A stretch of DNA of 23,152 bases from the UHGV virus genome UHGV-0116223. One strand, written 5' to 3'. Under the pieces are notes generated by a model, which had not been told where the DNA came from, did not search any database, and worked only from the letters and a program-made list of their open reading frames with translations. Each line of letters starts with the position of its first letter. Position 1 is the first letter of the stretch. Shown here one piece after another: positions 16,117-23,152 of this stretch. The DNA is from a virus. The position numbers were made by a program, and so were the translations under genes.

Positions 16117-16205
16117 ACAAAACAGAGAAGAACACCTGCGGTGGCAGCCGCCCGGATGGATTGGGTTATGAGCCCGTCGTCCGGTGATGCTCTTCTCTGT
16201 TTTGT
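16117..16205 (+). promoter_or_regulatory. 15-bp perfect inverted repeat (59-nt spacer) bracketing the holin start codons
   Basis: acaaaacagagaaga (16117-16131) and tcttctctgttttgt (16191-16205) are exact reverse complements. Flanking cacc (16133-16136) / ggtg (16183-16186) extend the stem. Encloses the ATGs at 16156 and 16168. Confidence 0.45.
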
Positions 16206-16485
16206 AAAAAGGACGGTATTCTACATAGCAACAGCAGCAGATCTGAGTGCATCGCGCCGACTGGCATATTTTATCGTGTCATATATTGCCGGGATCCTTT
16301 GCTCTGGGTTGGTTGGCTCCAAGCTGGCGCACTTGACCGGATACAGTGATAAACCTCTGGATGCTATTGGTGCCGTAATCGTCTCTGCTTTAGCCGTTAA
16401 AATCCTGACGTTCCTGAATAATCAGGATATCGGCTCGCTGGTGGCGCTCATAACGCGCCGGGGAGGTTCAGGTGGAGCTAAATGA
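16156..16485 (+). CDS. holin (lambda S-like), possible dual-start motif M-D-W-V-M
   Basis: Small protein with 2-3 TM segments and charged C-terminus. C-terminal DIGSLVALITRRGG resembles lambda S DSIGSLIKRFAAKKAG. In-frame ATGs at 16156 and 16168. First gene of the lysis cassette. Confidence 0.7.
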   Translation: MDWVMSPSSGDALLCFVKRTVFYIATAADLSASRRLAYFIVSYIAGILCSGLVGSKLAHLTGYSDKPLDAIGAVIVSALAVKILTFLNNQDIGSLVALITRRGGSGGAK

Positions 16486-16753
16486 CCCGACAGCAACTAT
16501 AAATGCGCTGTTATGTGCTTGTGTTGTTATTACTCTGATGTTTTATCGTCGTGGTTATTCGCGGCATCGTCCTTGGGTTTCACGTTTAGCCTGGCTGATT
16601 ACTGTTACATACAGTGCTGTTCCGTTGGCCTATCTCTGTGGGATTTATCCCCATTCCTCATGGCCCATTATCGTGGCGAACACTATTTTTCTTTCCGTGC
16701 TGGTGGCCGTCAGAGGCAACGTTGCACGTCTGGTTGATCATCTGAGGCACTAA
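16472..16753 (+). CDS. lysis-cassette membrane protein (93 aa, 3 TM); possible second holin or antiholin
   Basis: GTG start with GGGAGG RBS at 6-nt spacing; overlaps the holin stop; ends 1 nt into the endolysin ATG. Three hydrophobic helices. Confidence 0.5.
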   Translation: MELNDPTATINALLCACVVITLMFYRRGYSRHRPWVSRLAWLITVTYSAVPLAYLCGIYPHSSWPIIVANTIFLSVLVAVRGNVARLVDHLRH

Positions 16754-17370
16754 TGAACCAACAATTATTTCAAAAGGCGGCTGGTATTAGCGCCGGGCTG
16801 GCTGCGCGCTGGTTTCCGCACATTGATGCTGCAATGAAAGAGTTTGGAATCACAGCAGTTAACGATCAGGCCATGTTCATTGCACAAGTTGGGCATGAAT
16901 CTGCTGGTTTTACCTCGCTGGTGGAAAGCTTCAACTACTCGGTAGACGGGCTGAAGAAAACCTTTAGTAAACGCCTGACGCCTTATCAGTGTGAAATGCT
17001 GGGGCGTGTCGATGGTAAGCAGGTAGCCCACCAGCCGCAAATAGCCAATCTGGTTTATGGTGACCGCATGGGGAATAACAGCCAGGGTGACGGCTGGAAA
17101 TATCGCGGTCGTGGCCTGCTTCAAATCACCGGCCGCGAGAACTACGCCAAATGCGGTGCGGCGCTGAAGTTGGATCTGATCAGCACACCAGAGTTGCTGA
17201 CACAGGAGAAACATGCAGCCCGTTCTGCTGCATGGTATTTCACATTACGTGGTTGTCTGATGTATTCAGGTGATGTTGTCCGTGTAACGCAGATCATCAA
17301 CGGTGGCCAGAATGGACTGGCTGACAGAAATAGTCGTTATAACAAAGCGCGGGCGGCGTTGCTGGTATGA
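16753..17370 (+). CDS. endolysin, glycoside hydrolase family 19 (chitinase-like lysozyme)
   Basis: [12 protein letters not shown] and [13 protein letters not shown] motifs typical of GH19 phage endolysins. GAGG RBS. Stop overlaps the Rz start (ATGA). Confidence 0.85.
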   Translation: MNQQLFQKAAGISAGLAARWFPHIDAAMKEFGITAVNDQAMFIAQVGHESAGFTSLVESFNYSVDGLKKTFSKRLTPYQCEMLGRVDGKQVAHQPQIANLVYGDRMGNNSQGDGWKYRGRGLLQITGRENYAKCGAALKLDLISTPELLTQEKHAARSAAWYFTLRGCLMYSGDVVRVTQIINGGQNGLADRNSRYNKARAALLV

Positions 17371-17903
17371 CAGCGGTCTTTGCTTTTGTTCAGGCGCGGT
17401 GGAAAACAATCATTGTTTTGCTGATGTTGGCTGGTGCATTTCTTGCCGGGAACATCTGGAGTGAGCGGGGCTGGCAAAAGAAGTGGGCTGACCACAATAG
17501 CATGGAATCTTCACAGGAAGCGAACGCGCAGACTGCCGCACGCTGGATTGAACAAGGGCGCATAATTGCCCGTGATGAGGCTGTAAAAGATGCACAAGCA
17601 CAAGCCGCTAAATCTGCTGCCACTGCTGCTGGCCTGTCTGCCACTGTTAGCCAGTTGCGTACCGAAGCAACAAAGCTTGCCGCACGCCTGGACGCCGCAA
17701 AGCACACCGCTGATCTTGCCGCTGCCGTCCGAAGCAAAACAACCGACGCCGACGCCGGAATGTTCGCCGACATGCTCGGAGATATTGCAGCAGAAGCTAA
17801 ACGTTATGCTGGAATCGCTGACGAACGCTACACCGCCGGGATGACGTGTGAACGTATTTACGACTCGTTGAGAGAGTCAAATAACGCTATCCCCCACAAT
17901 TGA
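17367..17903 (+). CDS. i-spanin (Rz-like)
   Basis: N-terminal TM helix ([17 protein letters not shown]) followed by Ala/Gln/Lys-rich coiled-coil-like region. Directly follows the endolysin gene. Confidence 0.75.
   Translation: MTAVFAFVQARWKTIIVLLMLAGAFLAGNIWSERGWQKKWADHNSMESSQEANAQTAARWIEQGRIIARDEAVKDAQAQAAKSAATAAGLSATVSQLRTEATKLAARLDAAKHTADLAAAVRSKTTDADAGMFADMLGDIAAEAKRYAGIADERYTAGMTCERIYDSLRESNNAIPHN
17590..17844 (+). CDS. o-spanin lipoprotein (Rz1-like) embedded in the +1 frame of Rz
   Basis: Signal peptide [23 protein letters not shown] with lipobox L-A-S-C, then Pro-rich mature region. Entirely nested within 17367-17903. Confidence 0.7.
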   Translation: MHKHKPLNLLPLLLACLPLLASCVPKQQSLPHAWTPQSTPLILPLPSEAKQPTPTPECSPTCSEILQQKLNVMLESLTNATPPG

Positions 17904-17969
17904 TTTTTTATCATATTCGAACGACTATGAAGGGTGTAAACAATTATAATCCAGTGATGAATTTTTCAA

Positions 17970-18245
17970 ATGTCAAAGCAAGGATATGCAGTGAGTGGTC
18001 ATAGTGATGGTTTAGCAGATATTTTGAGCATTGTAATTGTATTAGCAGTGGAACATTGGATTATCGCATCTCTCATAGTTGGTTTGATTATGTATCTAGT
18101 GGGGGCGAGCATAAACGAAAATGCTCAGACAAATGCCGGTGCCATTGCATCGGGAATCATAGGGGTATGTGGTCAATTTATTTTTGGTTTTGGCGTTCTG
18201 GCTAGCATTATTGGGATTGTTAAATTCATTTGGACCCACACCTGA
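17970..18245 (+). CDS. small glycine-zipper membrane protein (91 aa), moron
   Basis: Two hydrophobic helices with GxxxG-type repeats (GAIASGIIGVCGQFIFGFGVLASIIG). About 40% GC. Perfect TATAAT at 17945-17950 upstream; hairpin plus T5 terminator downstream. No clear SD (a GTG at 17991 is an alternative start). Confidence 0.55.
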   Translation: MSKQGYAVSGHSDGLADILSIVIVLAVEHWIIASLIVGLIMYLVGASINENAQTNAGAIASGIIGVCGQFIFGFGVLASIIGIVKFIWTHT

Positions 18246-18267
18246 CAGCATCACTTTAGTCAATCAT

Positions 18268-18291
18268 AGCCTCGCAATAGCGGGGCTTTTT
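18268..18291 (+). terminator. intrinsic terminator after the moron gene
   Basis: Stem agcctcgc / gcggggct (8 bp, one G-U pair), loop aata, followed by ttttt. Confidence 0.55.
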
Positions 18292-18309
18292 AACAACTGA
18301 GGTATGAGC

Positions 18310-18507
18310 ATGACAGTAGTTCTTACAGCTAAGCAGATTGAAGACCTAGCAGCATTCGCGAAAGAAGATGGTCAGCCCCAATACACCATCACCACTGGTA
18401 CAATCCCGGAATTCGAAGCGGATGATGGCGAGATTATCCCTGAATACACAGGGCTGATCGCTTACTCAGAGTCACTTGAGCACGGTGTATTGCAACTCGA
18501 CGATTAG
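18310..18507 (+). CDS. small strongly acidic protein (about 65 aa)
   Basis: GAGG at 18299-18302, 7 nt before the ATG at 18310. About 14 Asp/Glu against 2 Lys and 1 His (estimated net charge about -12). Confidence 0.55.
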   Translation: MTVVLTAKQIEDLAAFAKEDGQPQYTITTGTIPEFEADDGEIIPEYTGLIAYSESLEHGVLQLDD

Positions 18508-18570
18508 TGGCATTCAGCAGGCATTCATTAAGTGTCTGCGATAATGCTATACGTTTTTTGGGGAGTGAAT

Positions 18571-18921
18571 ATGCCACCGCGCACACCAAAGGCTTGCCGT
18601 GTTCGCGGCTGTCGCAACACCACAACAGACCCATCTGGCTACTGTGAAAATCACAAAGGTGAAGGCTGGAAGTCCTACAAGCCTGGTCAATCACGGCAGC
18701 AGCGAGGATACGGAACAAAGTGGGAAGTCATCCGGGAGCGGATACTTAAGCGCGACAAAGGGCTGTGTCAGAACCATCTACGGCAGGCGATAGTGAAGCA
18801 GGCGTCCTGCGTGGACCACATCAAGGCGAAGGCCCACGGCGGTACTGATGAAGACAGCAACCTTGAAAGCCTGTGCTGGTCGTGTCACGCAGCGAAGACC
18901 GCGCGTGAGCGGCTCAAGTGA
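18571..18921 (+). CDS. HNH homing-type endonuclease (terminase-associated)
   Basis: GGGGAG RBS before the ATG at 18571. Zinc-finger Cys pairs (CRVRGC...CENH; CWSCH) and the HNH motif region CVDHIKAKAHGG...N. Located immediately upstream of the small terminase. Confidence 0.85.
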   Translation: MPPRTPKACRVRGCRNTTTDPSGYCENHKGEGWKSYKPGQSRQQRGYGTKWEVIRERILKRDKGLCQNHLRQAIVKQASCVDHIKAKAHGGTDEDSNLESLCWSCHAAKTARERLK

Positions 18922-19047
18922 TAATTAATGTCATCATCAGACTGGGGAGGGGGAGGTCAAATCTCTGCGACCGCGCGCCTTCCGGACTGCCCGCCCCATC
19001 GTTTTTTTATACCCGCGAAAAATGAAATTTAACCAGGAGTGCCGCAT

Positions 19048-19542
19048 ATGGCTGGAACGGCGGGGCGTTCCGGGCGTCGCCCCAAGCCAACGGCGCGCAA
19101 GGCGCTGGCCGGAAACCCCGGCAAGCGAGCCCTGAATAAAGATGAACCTGTTTTTACGCCCATCAAAGGTGTTGAGCCACCGGAGTGGTTCACAGAAGAA
19201 GAGCTCCCTCTCGCCACGATCATGTGGCAACTGACAACCAAAGAACTCTGCGGTCAGGGCCTGCTGTGCGTGACTGACCTGGCGGTACTTGAGCGGTGGT
19301 GCGTGGCCTATGAGTTCTGGCGACGTGCCGTGAAAAATATTGCCAGACAGGGCAACACCATCACCGGTGCAATGGGCGGCATGGTCAAAAATCCGGAGCT
19401 GACCGCCAAAAAAGAACAGGAGTCCGAGATGAGCAGCACGGGTGCAATGCTCGGACTCGACCCCAGCAGCCGCCAGCGTCTGATTGGCCTGGCGGGGCAG
19501 AAGAAAGCCACTAACCCGTTTCTGAAAATCATCGAGTCATGA
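19048..19542 (+). CDS. terminase small subunit (P27-like family)
   Basis: AGGAG RBS 9 nt before the ATG at 19048. N-terminal GRSGRRPKP...LAGNPGKR motif. Stop overlaps the TerL start (ATGA). Confidence 0.85.
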   Translation: MAGTAGRSGRRPKPTARKALAGNPGKRALNKDEPVFTPIKGVEPPEWFTEEELPLATIMWQLTTKELCGQGLLCVTDLAVLERWCVAYEFWRRAVKNIARQGNTITGAMGGMVKNPELTAKKEQESEMSSTGAMLGLDPSSRQRLIGLAGQKKATNPFLKIIES

Positions 19543-21272
19543 GCCGGAAATCTTACCCCAACGTAAATGCTGCTAATCAGTATGCCCGTGATGTCGTGCG
19601 CGGAAAGATTGTGGCCTGCCAGTTTGTGATTCAGGCCTGCCAGCGCCATCTTGATGACCTGATGGCGGAAAAAAGTAAGTCGTTTCGTTACCGCTTCGAC
19701 AAGGACCTGGCTGAACGGGCCGCGAAATTTATTCAGCTGTTGCCACACACCAAGGGGGAGTGGGCATTCAAACGGATGCCCATCACGCTGGAGCCGTGGC
19801 AGCTCTTTGTGATCTGCTGTGCGTTTGGCTGGGTCAATAAAGGCTCCCGGCTGCGCCGCTTCCGGGAGGTGTATACCGAAATCCCCCGTAAGAACGGCAA
19901 ATCGGCAATCTCTGCCGGTGTTGCCCTGTATTGTTTTGCCTGTGATAACGAGTTTGGCGCGGAAGTGTATTCCGGTGCCACGACAGAGAAACAGGCGTGG
20001 GAAGTTTTTCGTCCGGCGCGACTGATGTGTAAACGCACACCCATGCTGACGGAAGCGTTCGGGATTGAGGTTAACGCCTCAAACATGAACCGTCCGGAGG
20101 ATGGCGCGCGGTTTGAACCGCTGATCGGCAACCCCGGTGATGGTTCATCACCCCACTGTGCCGTGGTTGATGAATATCACGAGCATGCCACCGATGCGCT
20201 TTATACCACAATGCTTACCGGGATGGGGGCGCGACGTCAGCCACTGATGTGGGCCATCACCACCGCCGGGTACAACATTGAGGGGCCGTGCTACGACAAG
20301 CGGCGGGAAGTCATCGAGATGCTCAACGGCTCGGTGCCTAACGATGAACTGTTCGGGATCATCTATACCGTTGATGAAGGTGACGACTGGATCGACCCGC
20401 AGGTGCTGGAAAAAGCCAATCCAAATATTGGCGTGTCGGTTTATCGCGAATTTTTGTTAAGTCAGCAGCAGCGTGCGAAAAATAACGCCCGTCTGGCAAA
20501 CGTCTTTAAAACAAAACACCTCAATATCTGGGTGTCGGCACGTTCGGCGTATTTCAACCTGGTGAGCTGGCAGAGCTGCGAGGATAAATCACTGTCCCTT
20601 GAGCAGTTCGAGGGGCAACCGTGCATCCTGGCCTTTGACCTGGCGCGTAAGCTGGATATGAACAGTATGGCGCGACTTTATACCCGCGAGATTGACGGTA
20701 AAACGCATTACTACAGTGTGGCTCCGCGCTTCTGGGTACCGTATGACACGGTGTACAGCGTCGAGAAAAATGAAGATCGCCGGACAGCCGAACGCTTTCA
20801 GAAATGGGTGGAGATGGGGGTTCTGACCGTTACCGATGGTGCGGAGGTGGATTATCGCTACATCCTCGAGGAGGCCAAAGCGGCGAACAAAATCAGCCCG
20901 GTCAGCGAGTCACCCATCGACCCCTTCGGGGCGACCGGGCTGTCACATGACCTTGCTGATGAAGACCTGAACCCCGTCACCATCATTCAGAACTACACCA
21001 ACATGTCCGACCCGATGAAAGAGCTGGAAGCGGCAATTGAATCGGGGCGCTTTCATCATGATGGCAATCCCATCATGACCTGGTGTATCGGCAACGTGGT
21101 CGGCAAAACCATTCCGGGTAACGATGATGTGGTGAAGCCTGTCAAGGAGCAGGCGGAAAACAAAATCGATGGTGCGGTTGCACTGATTATGGCGATCGGT
21201 CGGGCAATGCTCAAAGAACCCGACGATTTCCTCTCATCTCTTGATCCGGACGATGCTCTCTTAATTCTATGA
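19539..21272 (+). CDS. terminase large subunit (ATPase/nuclease)
   Basis: 577 aa. Walker-A-like EIPRKNGKS. Typical size and position after TerS. Confidence 0.93.
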   Translation: MSRKSYPNVNAANQYARDVVRGKIVACQFVIQACQRHLDDLMAEKSKSFRYRFDKDLAERAAKFIQLLPHTKGEWAFKRMPITLEPWQLFVICCAFGWVNKGSRLRRFREVYTEIPRKNGKSAISAGVALYCFACDNEFGAEVYSGATTEKQAWEVFRPARLMCKRTPMLTEAFGIEVNASNMNRPEDGARFEPLIGNPGDGSSPHCAVVDEYHEHATDALYTTMLTGMGARRQPLMWAITTAGYNIEGPCYDKRREVIEMLNGSVPNDELFGIIYTVDEGDDWIDPQVLEKANPNIGVSVYREFLLSQQQRAKNNARLANVFKTKHLNIWVSARSAYFNLVSWQSCEDKSLSLEQFEGQPCILAFDLARKLDMNSMARLYTREIDGKTHYYSVAPRFWVPYDTVYSVEKNEDRRTAERFQKWVEMGVLTVTDGAEVDYRYILEEAKAANKISPVSESPIDPFGATGLSHDLADEDLNPVTIIQNYTNMSDPMKELEAAIESGRFHHDGNPIMTWCIGNVVGKTIPGNDDVVKPVKEQAENKIDGAVALIMAIGRAMLKEPDDFLSSLDPDDALLIL

Positions 21273-21430
21273 AATCACTAATTGCTGATGTTATCGGGCT
21301 GGCTGGTTTTGGCCTGCTTACGTGCGGGTTTTACCTGCAGTTTGGTATGGCTCCGGCTCTGATGCTGTCCGGCGGTTTACTGCTGGTGGGTGCACTGGCT
21401 ATGGCCAGAAGGGGGACGCGTGCTGCTTGA
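21269..21430 (+). CDS. possible small membrane protein (53 aa) between terminase and portal
   Basis: ATG overlaps the TerL stop (ATGA at 21269-21272). Encodes [53 protein letters not shown], ending TGA at 21428-21430. Below the size cutoff of the ORF track. Confidence 0.3.
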   Translation: MKSLIADVIGLAGFGLLTCGFYLQFGMAPALMLSGGLLLVGALAMARRGTRAA

Positions 21431-22475
21431 TGCTCTGTTCAGAAGTAAATCACTGGAGAATCCTTCCACCCCGATAACCGGGGATGCCGTTGATACTGAT
21501 GGGCTGTTCCGGGCAGACGTTTATGTCAGTCCTGAAACTTCGATGAAACTGGCTGCGGTGTATTCCTGTATCTATGTCCTGTCTTCCAGCCTTGCCCAGA
21601 TGCCGTTGCATGTTATGCGCAGGCACAATGGGAAGGTTGAGCCCGCACGCGATCATCCGGCGTTTTATCTGGTTCATGATGAGCCCAATACCTGGCAAAC
21701 CAGTTACAAATGGCGCGAACTGAAGCAACGTCACATCCTTGGCTGGGGGAATGGGTATACCTGGGTGAAACGTAATCGTCGCGGTGAAGTCATATCCCTG
21801 GATTGCTGTATGCCGTGGGAAACGACGCTGATGAATACTGGTGGTCGATACACCTACGGTTTGTACAACGAATATGGGGCGTTTGCGATCAGCCCCGACG
21901 ATATGATCCACATCCGTGCGCTGGGTAATAATCAGAAGATGGGGCTGAGTCCGATTATGCAACATGCCGAAACAATAGGCATGGGGATGAGCGGTCAGAA
22001 ATACACAGAAAGCTTCTTCAGCGGTAATGCCCGTCCGGCGGGGATAGTATCCGTTAAAAGCGGACTCAATAAGGACAGCTGGGGCTGGCTTAAAGATCAG
22101 TGGCAGAAGGCATCGCAGGCGTTACGCAGCCAGGAAAACAAAACCATGCTGCTGCCAGCCGATCTGGATTACAAGGCACTGACTGTGTCGCCAGTTGACG
22201 CTCAGATCATTGACATGATGAAACTGAACCGTTCAATGATTGCCGGTATTTTCAATATTCCTGCGCACATGATTAATGACCTCGAAAAAGCCACCTTCTC
22301 CAATATTTCTGCGCAGGCGATTCAGTTTGTCCGCTACACGATGATGCCGTGGGTGACGAACTGGGAGCAGGAGCTTAACCGTCGCTTGTTTATCTGGGGC
22401 GACACCGTTGTCGAGTGCGTGCTTAACAAACTCTGCCCGTCGCATACCTACGTAATTTTTAAATATCCGGAGTAA
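21420..22475 (+). CDS. portal protein (HK97 family), probably C-terminally truncated
   Basis: GTG at 21420 with GGGGGA RBS gives an N-terminus LLDALF typical of HK97-type portals. Conserved central region ([26 protein letters not shown]). Ends after only 351 aa with an atypical tail ([21 protein letters not shown]), and the next gene is tail-fibre-like. Confidence 0.75.
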   Translation: MLLDALFRSKSLENPSTPITGDAVDTDGLFRADVYVSPETSMKLAAVYSCIYVLSSSLAQMPLHVMRRHNGKVEPARDHPAFYLVHDEPNTWQTSYKWRELKQRHILGWGNGYTWVKRNRRGEVISLDCCMPWETTLMNTGGRYTYGLYNEYGAFAISPDDMIHIRALGNNQKMGLSPIMQHAETIGMGMSGQKYTESFFSGNARPAGIVSVKSGLNKDSWGWLKDQWQKASQALRSQENKTMLLPADLDYKALTVSPVDAQIIDMMKLNRSMIAGIFNIPAHMINDLEKATFSNISAQAIQFVRYTMMPWVTNWEQELNRRLFIWGDTVVECVLNKLCPSHTYVIFKYPE

Positions 22476-22478
22476 TCC

Positions 22479-23102
22479 ATGCATCGTATAGACACGAAAA
22501 CCGCGCAGAAGGATAAGTTCGGCGCGGGTAAAAACGGTTTTACCCGTGGTAACCCCCAGACAGGCACGCCTGCCACCGATCTGGATGATGACTACTTTGA
22601 CATGTTGCAGGAAGAGCTTTGCAGCGTGGTGGAGACATCCGGTGCCAGTCTGGAGAAGGCGCGGCACGACCAGTTGCTTACCGCGCTTCGTGCGCTGCTG
22701 TTAAGCCGCAAGAATCCGTTTGGCGATATCAAATCGGATGGCACAGTGAAAACGGCTCTCGAAAACCTTGGTTTGGGAGAAGCGGCAAAACGGAATGTGG
22801 GAACAGGAGAAAATCAGATACCTGATATGTCAGCTTATTCATCAGGATCTGGCTGGCAAAAATTGCCTGATGGTTCAATTGAGCAGTGGGGAAGAATTAA
22901 TTTCCCGAATAACGCCGCGGCGGTATCTACAAATGTGACTTTCACCATTCCTTTTACGCAGGAGCCAGACGTAGTGATTGTATATGACGGCGGTTTTGGT
23001 GGTGGGAATATGTGGGGCGCAACTAACTGGACGAAAACAGGTTTCGTTGCTCATTGTAACTATGGCTTTGAAGGTGGAGCCTTCTACGCGAAAGGGCGTT
23101 AA
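22479..23102 (+). CDS. tail-fibre-like protein (207 aa)
   Basis: GGAG RBS. N-terminus [48 protein letters not shown] resembles N-terminal domains I associate with phage tail fibres. Gly-rich C-terminus. Homology not computed. Confidence 0.45.
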   Translation: MHRIDTKTAQKDKFGAGKNGFTRGNPQTGTPATDLDDDYFDMLQEELCSVVETSGASLEKARHDQLLTALRALLLSRKNPFGDIKSDGTVKTALENLGLGEAAKRNVGTGENQIPDMSAYSSGSGWQKLPDGSIEQWGRINFPNNAAAVSTNVTFTIPFTQEPDVVIVYDGGFGGGNMWGATNWTKTGFVAHCNYGFEGGAFYAKGR

Positions 23103-23104
23103 TT

Positions 23105-23152
23105 ATGAAATATTTGTATGTTGATAATCTGGCGTACCCTTATGCCCTCCAG
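23105..23152 (+). CDS. 5' end of an ORF continuing past the window (possibly a tail-fibre assembly/chaperone gene)
   Basis: ATG at 23105, 2 nt after the tail-fibre stop; MKYLYVDNLAYPYAL... Only 16 codons visible. Confidence 0.25.
   Translation, partial: MKYLYVDNLAYPYALQ

Larger units (their letters stand above)
10716..23152. mobile_element. defective lambdoid prophage (int-xis-early genes / lysis / HNH-terminase / truncated portal / tail fibre), extending beyond the window end
   Basis: Phage integrase, excisionase-like gene, YfdPQRS-like genes, holin-endolysin-Rz/Rz1, HNH, TerS, TerL, portal and tail-fibre ORFs. No repressor, replication, Q, capsid or tail-shaft genes. Left boundary at the ssrA-like core. 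Confidence 0.75.

Noticed and set aside
16765-17773. Minus-strand ORFs 16765-17214 and 17390-17773 and small plus-strand ORFs in the same region
   Set aside because: Antisense or alternate-frame to the endolysin and Rz genes. The only nested ORF accepted is the Rz1-like lipoprotein, which has a signal peptide and lipobox.
19308-20131. Minus-strand ORFs (146 and 132 aa) and small plus-strand alternate-frame ORFs inside the terminase genes
   Set aside because: Embedded in strongly supported terminase CDSs. No independent evidence.
21450-22667. Minus-strand ORFs 21450-21965 and 22233-22667
   Set aside because: Antisense to the portal and tail-fibre genes. Shadow ORFs.
1-23152. CRISPR arrays, rRNA genes, additional tRNAs
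   Set aside because: No evenly spaced direct repeats with unique spacers and no rRNA-like or further cloverleaf sequences were found on reading either strand. This is a manual scan, not exhaustive.
10716-23152. Identification of the right-hand element as the K-12 CP4-57 prophage
   Set aside because: Although the left flank matches the recalled K-12 ypjA neighbourhood, the genes here (lambdoid integrase, GH19 endolysin, P27-type terminase, HK97-type portal) do not correspond to the recalled CP4-57 gene set. It is treated as a different element at the same site.

Overview
Enterobacterial (E. coli-type) accessory region in two parts. Gene names for the left part come from my recollection of the E. 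coli K-12 ileY neighbourhood, not from a database search.

Left part (1-10.7 kb): (1) a minus-strand GH13 alpha-amylase-family gene (ygaQ-like) broken only by three in-frame TAG codons; (2) tRNA-Ile2 (anticodon CAU) followed immediately by a degenerate P4-type integrase remnant; (3) a low-GC reading frame (ypjC/ypjB-like) split by a single in-frame TAG; (4) an IS3 transposase fragment fused to a Pin-type invertase fragment; (5) a 1526-aa AIDA-type autotransporter (ypjA-like) with two terminator hairpins.

Right part (about 10.7 kb to the window end): a defective lambdoid prophage, bounded on the left by a 28-nt segment resembling the 3' end of ssrA (tmRNA). In order: a low-GC two-gene cargo operon of unknown function, tyrosine integrase, excisionase-like gene, YfdP/Q/R/S-like early genes, then directly the lysis cassette (holin, second membrane protein, GH19 endolysin, Rz/Rz1), two small morons, HNH endonuclease, small and large terminase, a truncated HK97-type portal and a tail-fibre-like gene. 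Immunity, replication, Q and head/tail modules are absent.

Best candidate for an undescribed system: the cargo operon at 10819-11889 (82-aa soluble protein translationally coupled to a 272-aa membrane protein) between the attachment-site remnant and the integrase. Other points worth a second look: all four gene-interrupting stops near ileY are TAG with no frameshifts, and a 15-bp perfect inverted repeat brackets the holin start codons. No CRISPR array or rRNA was seen.
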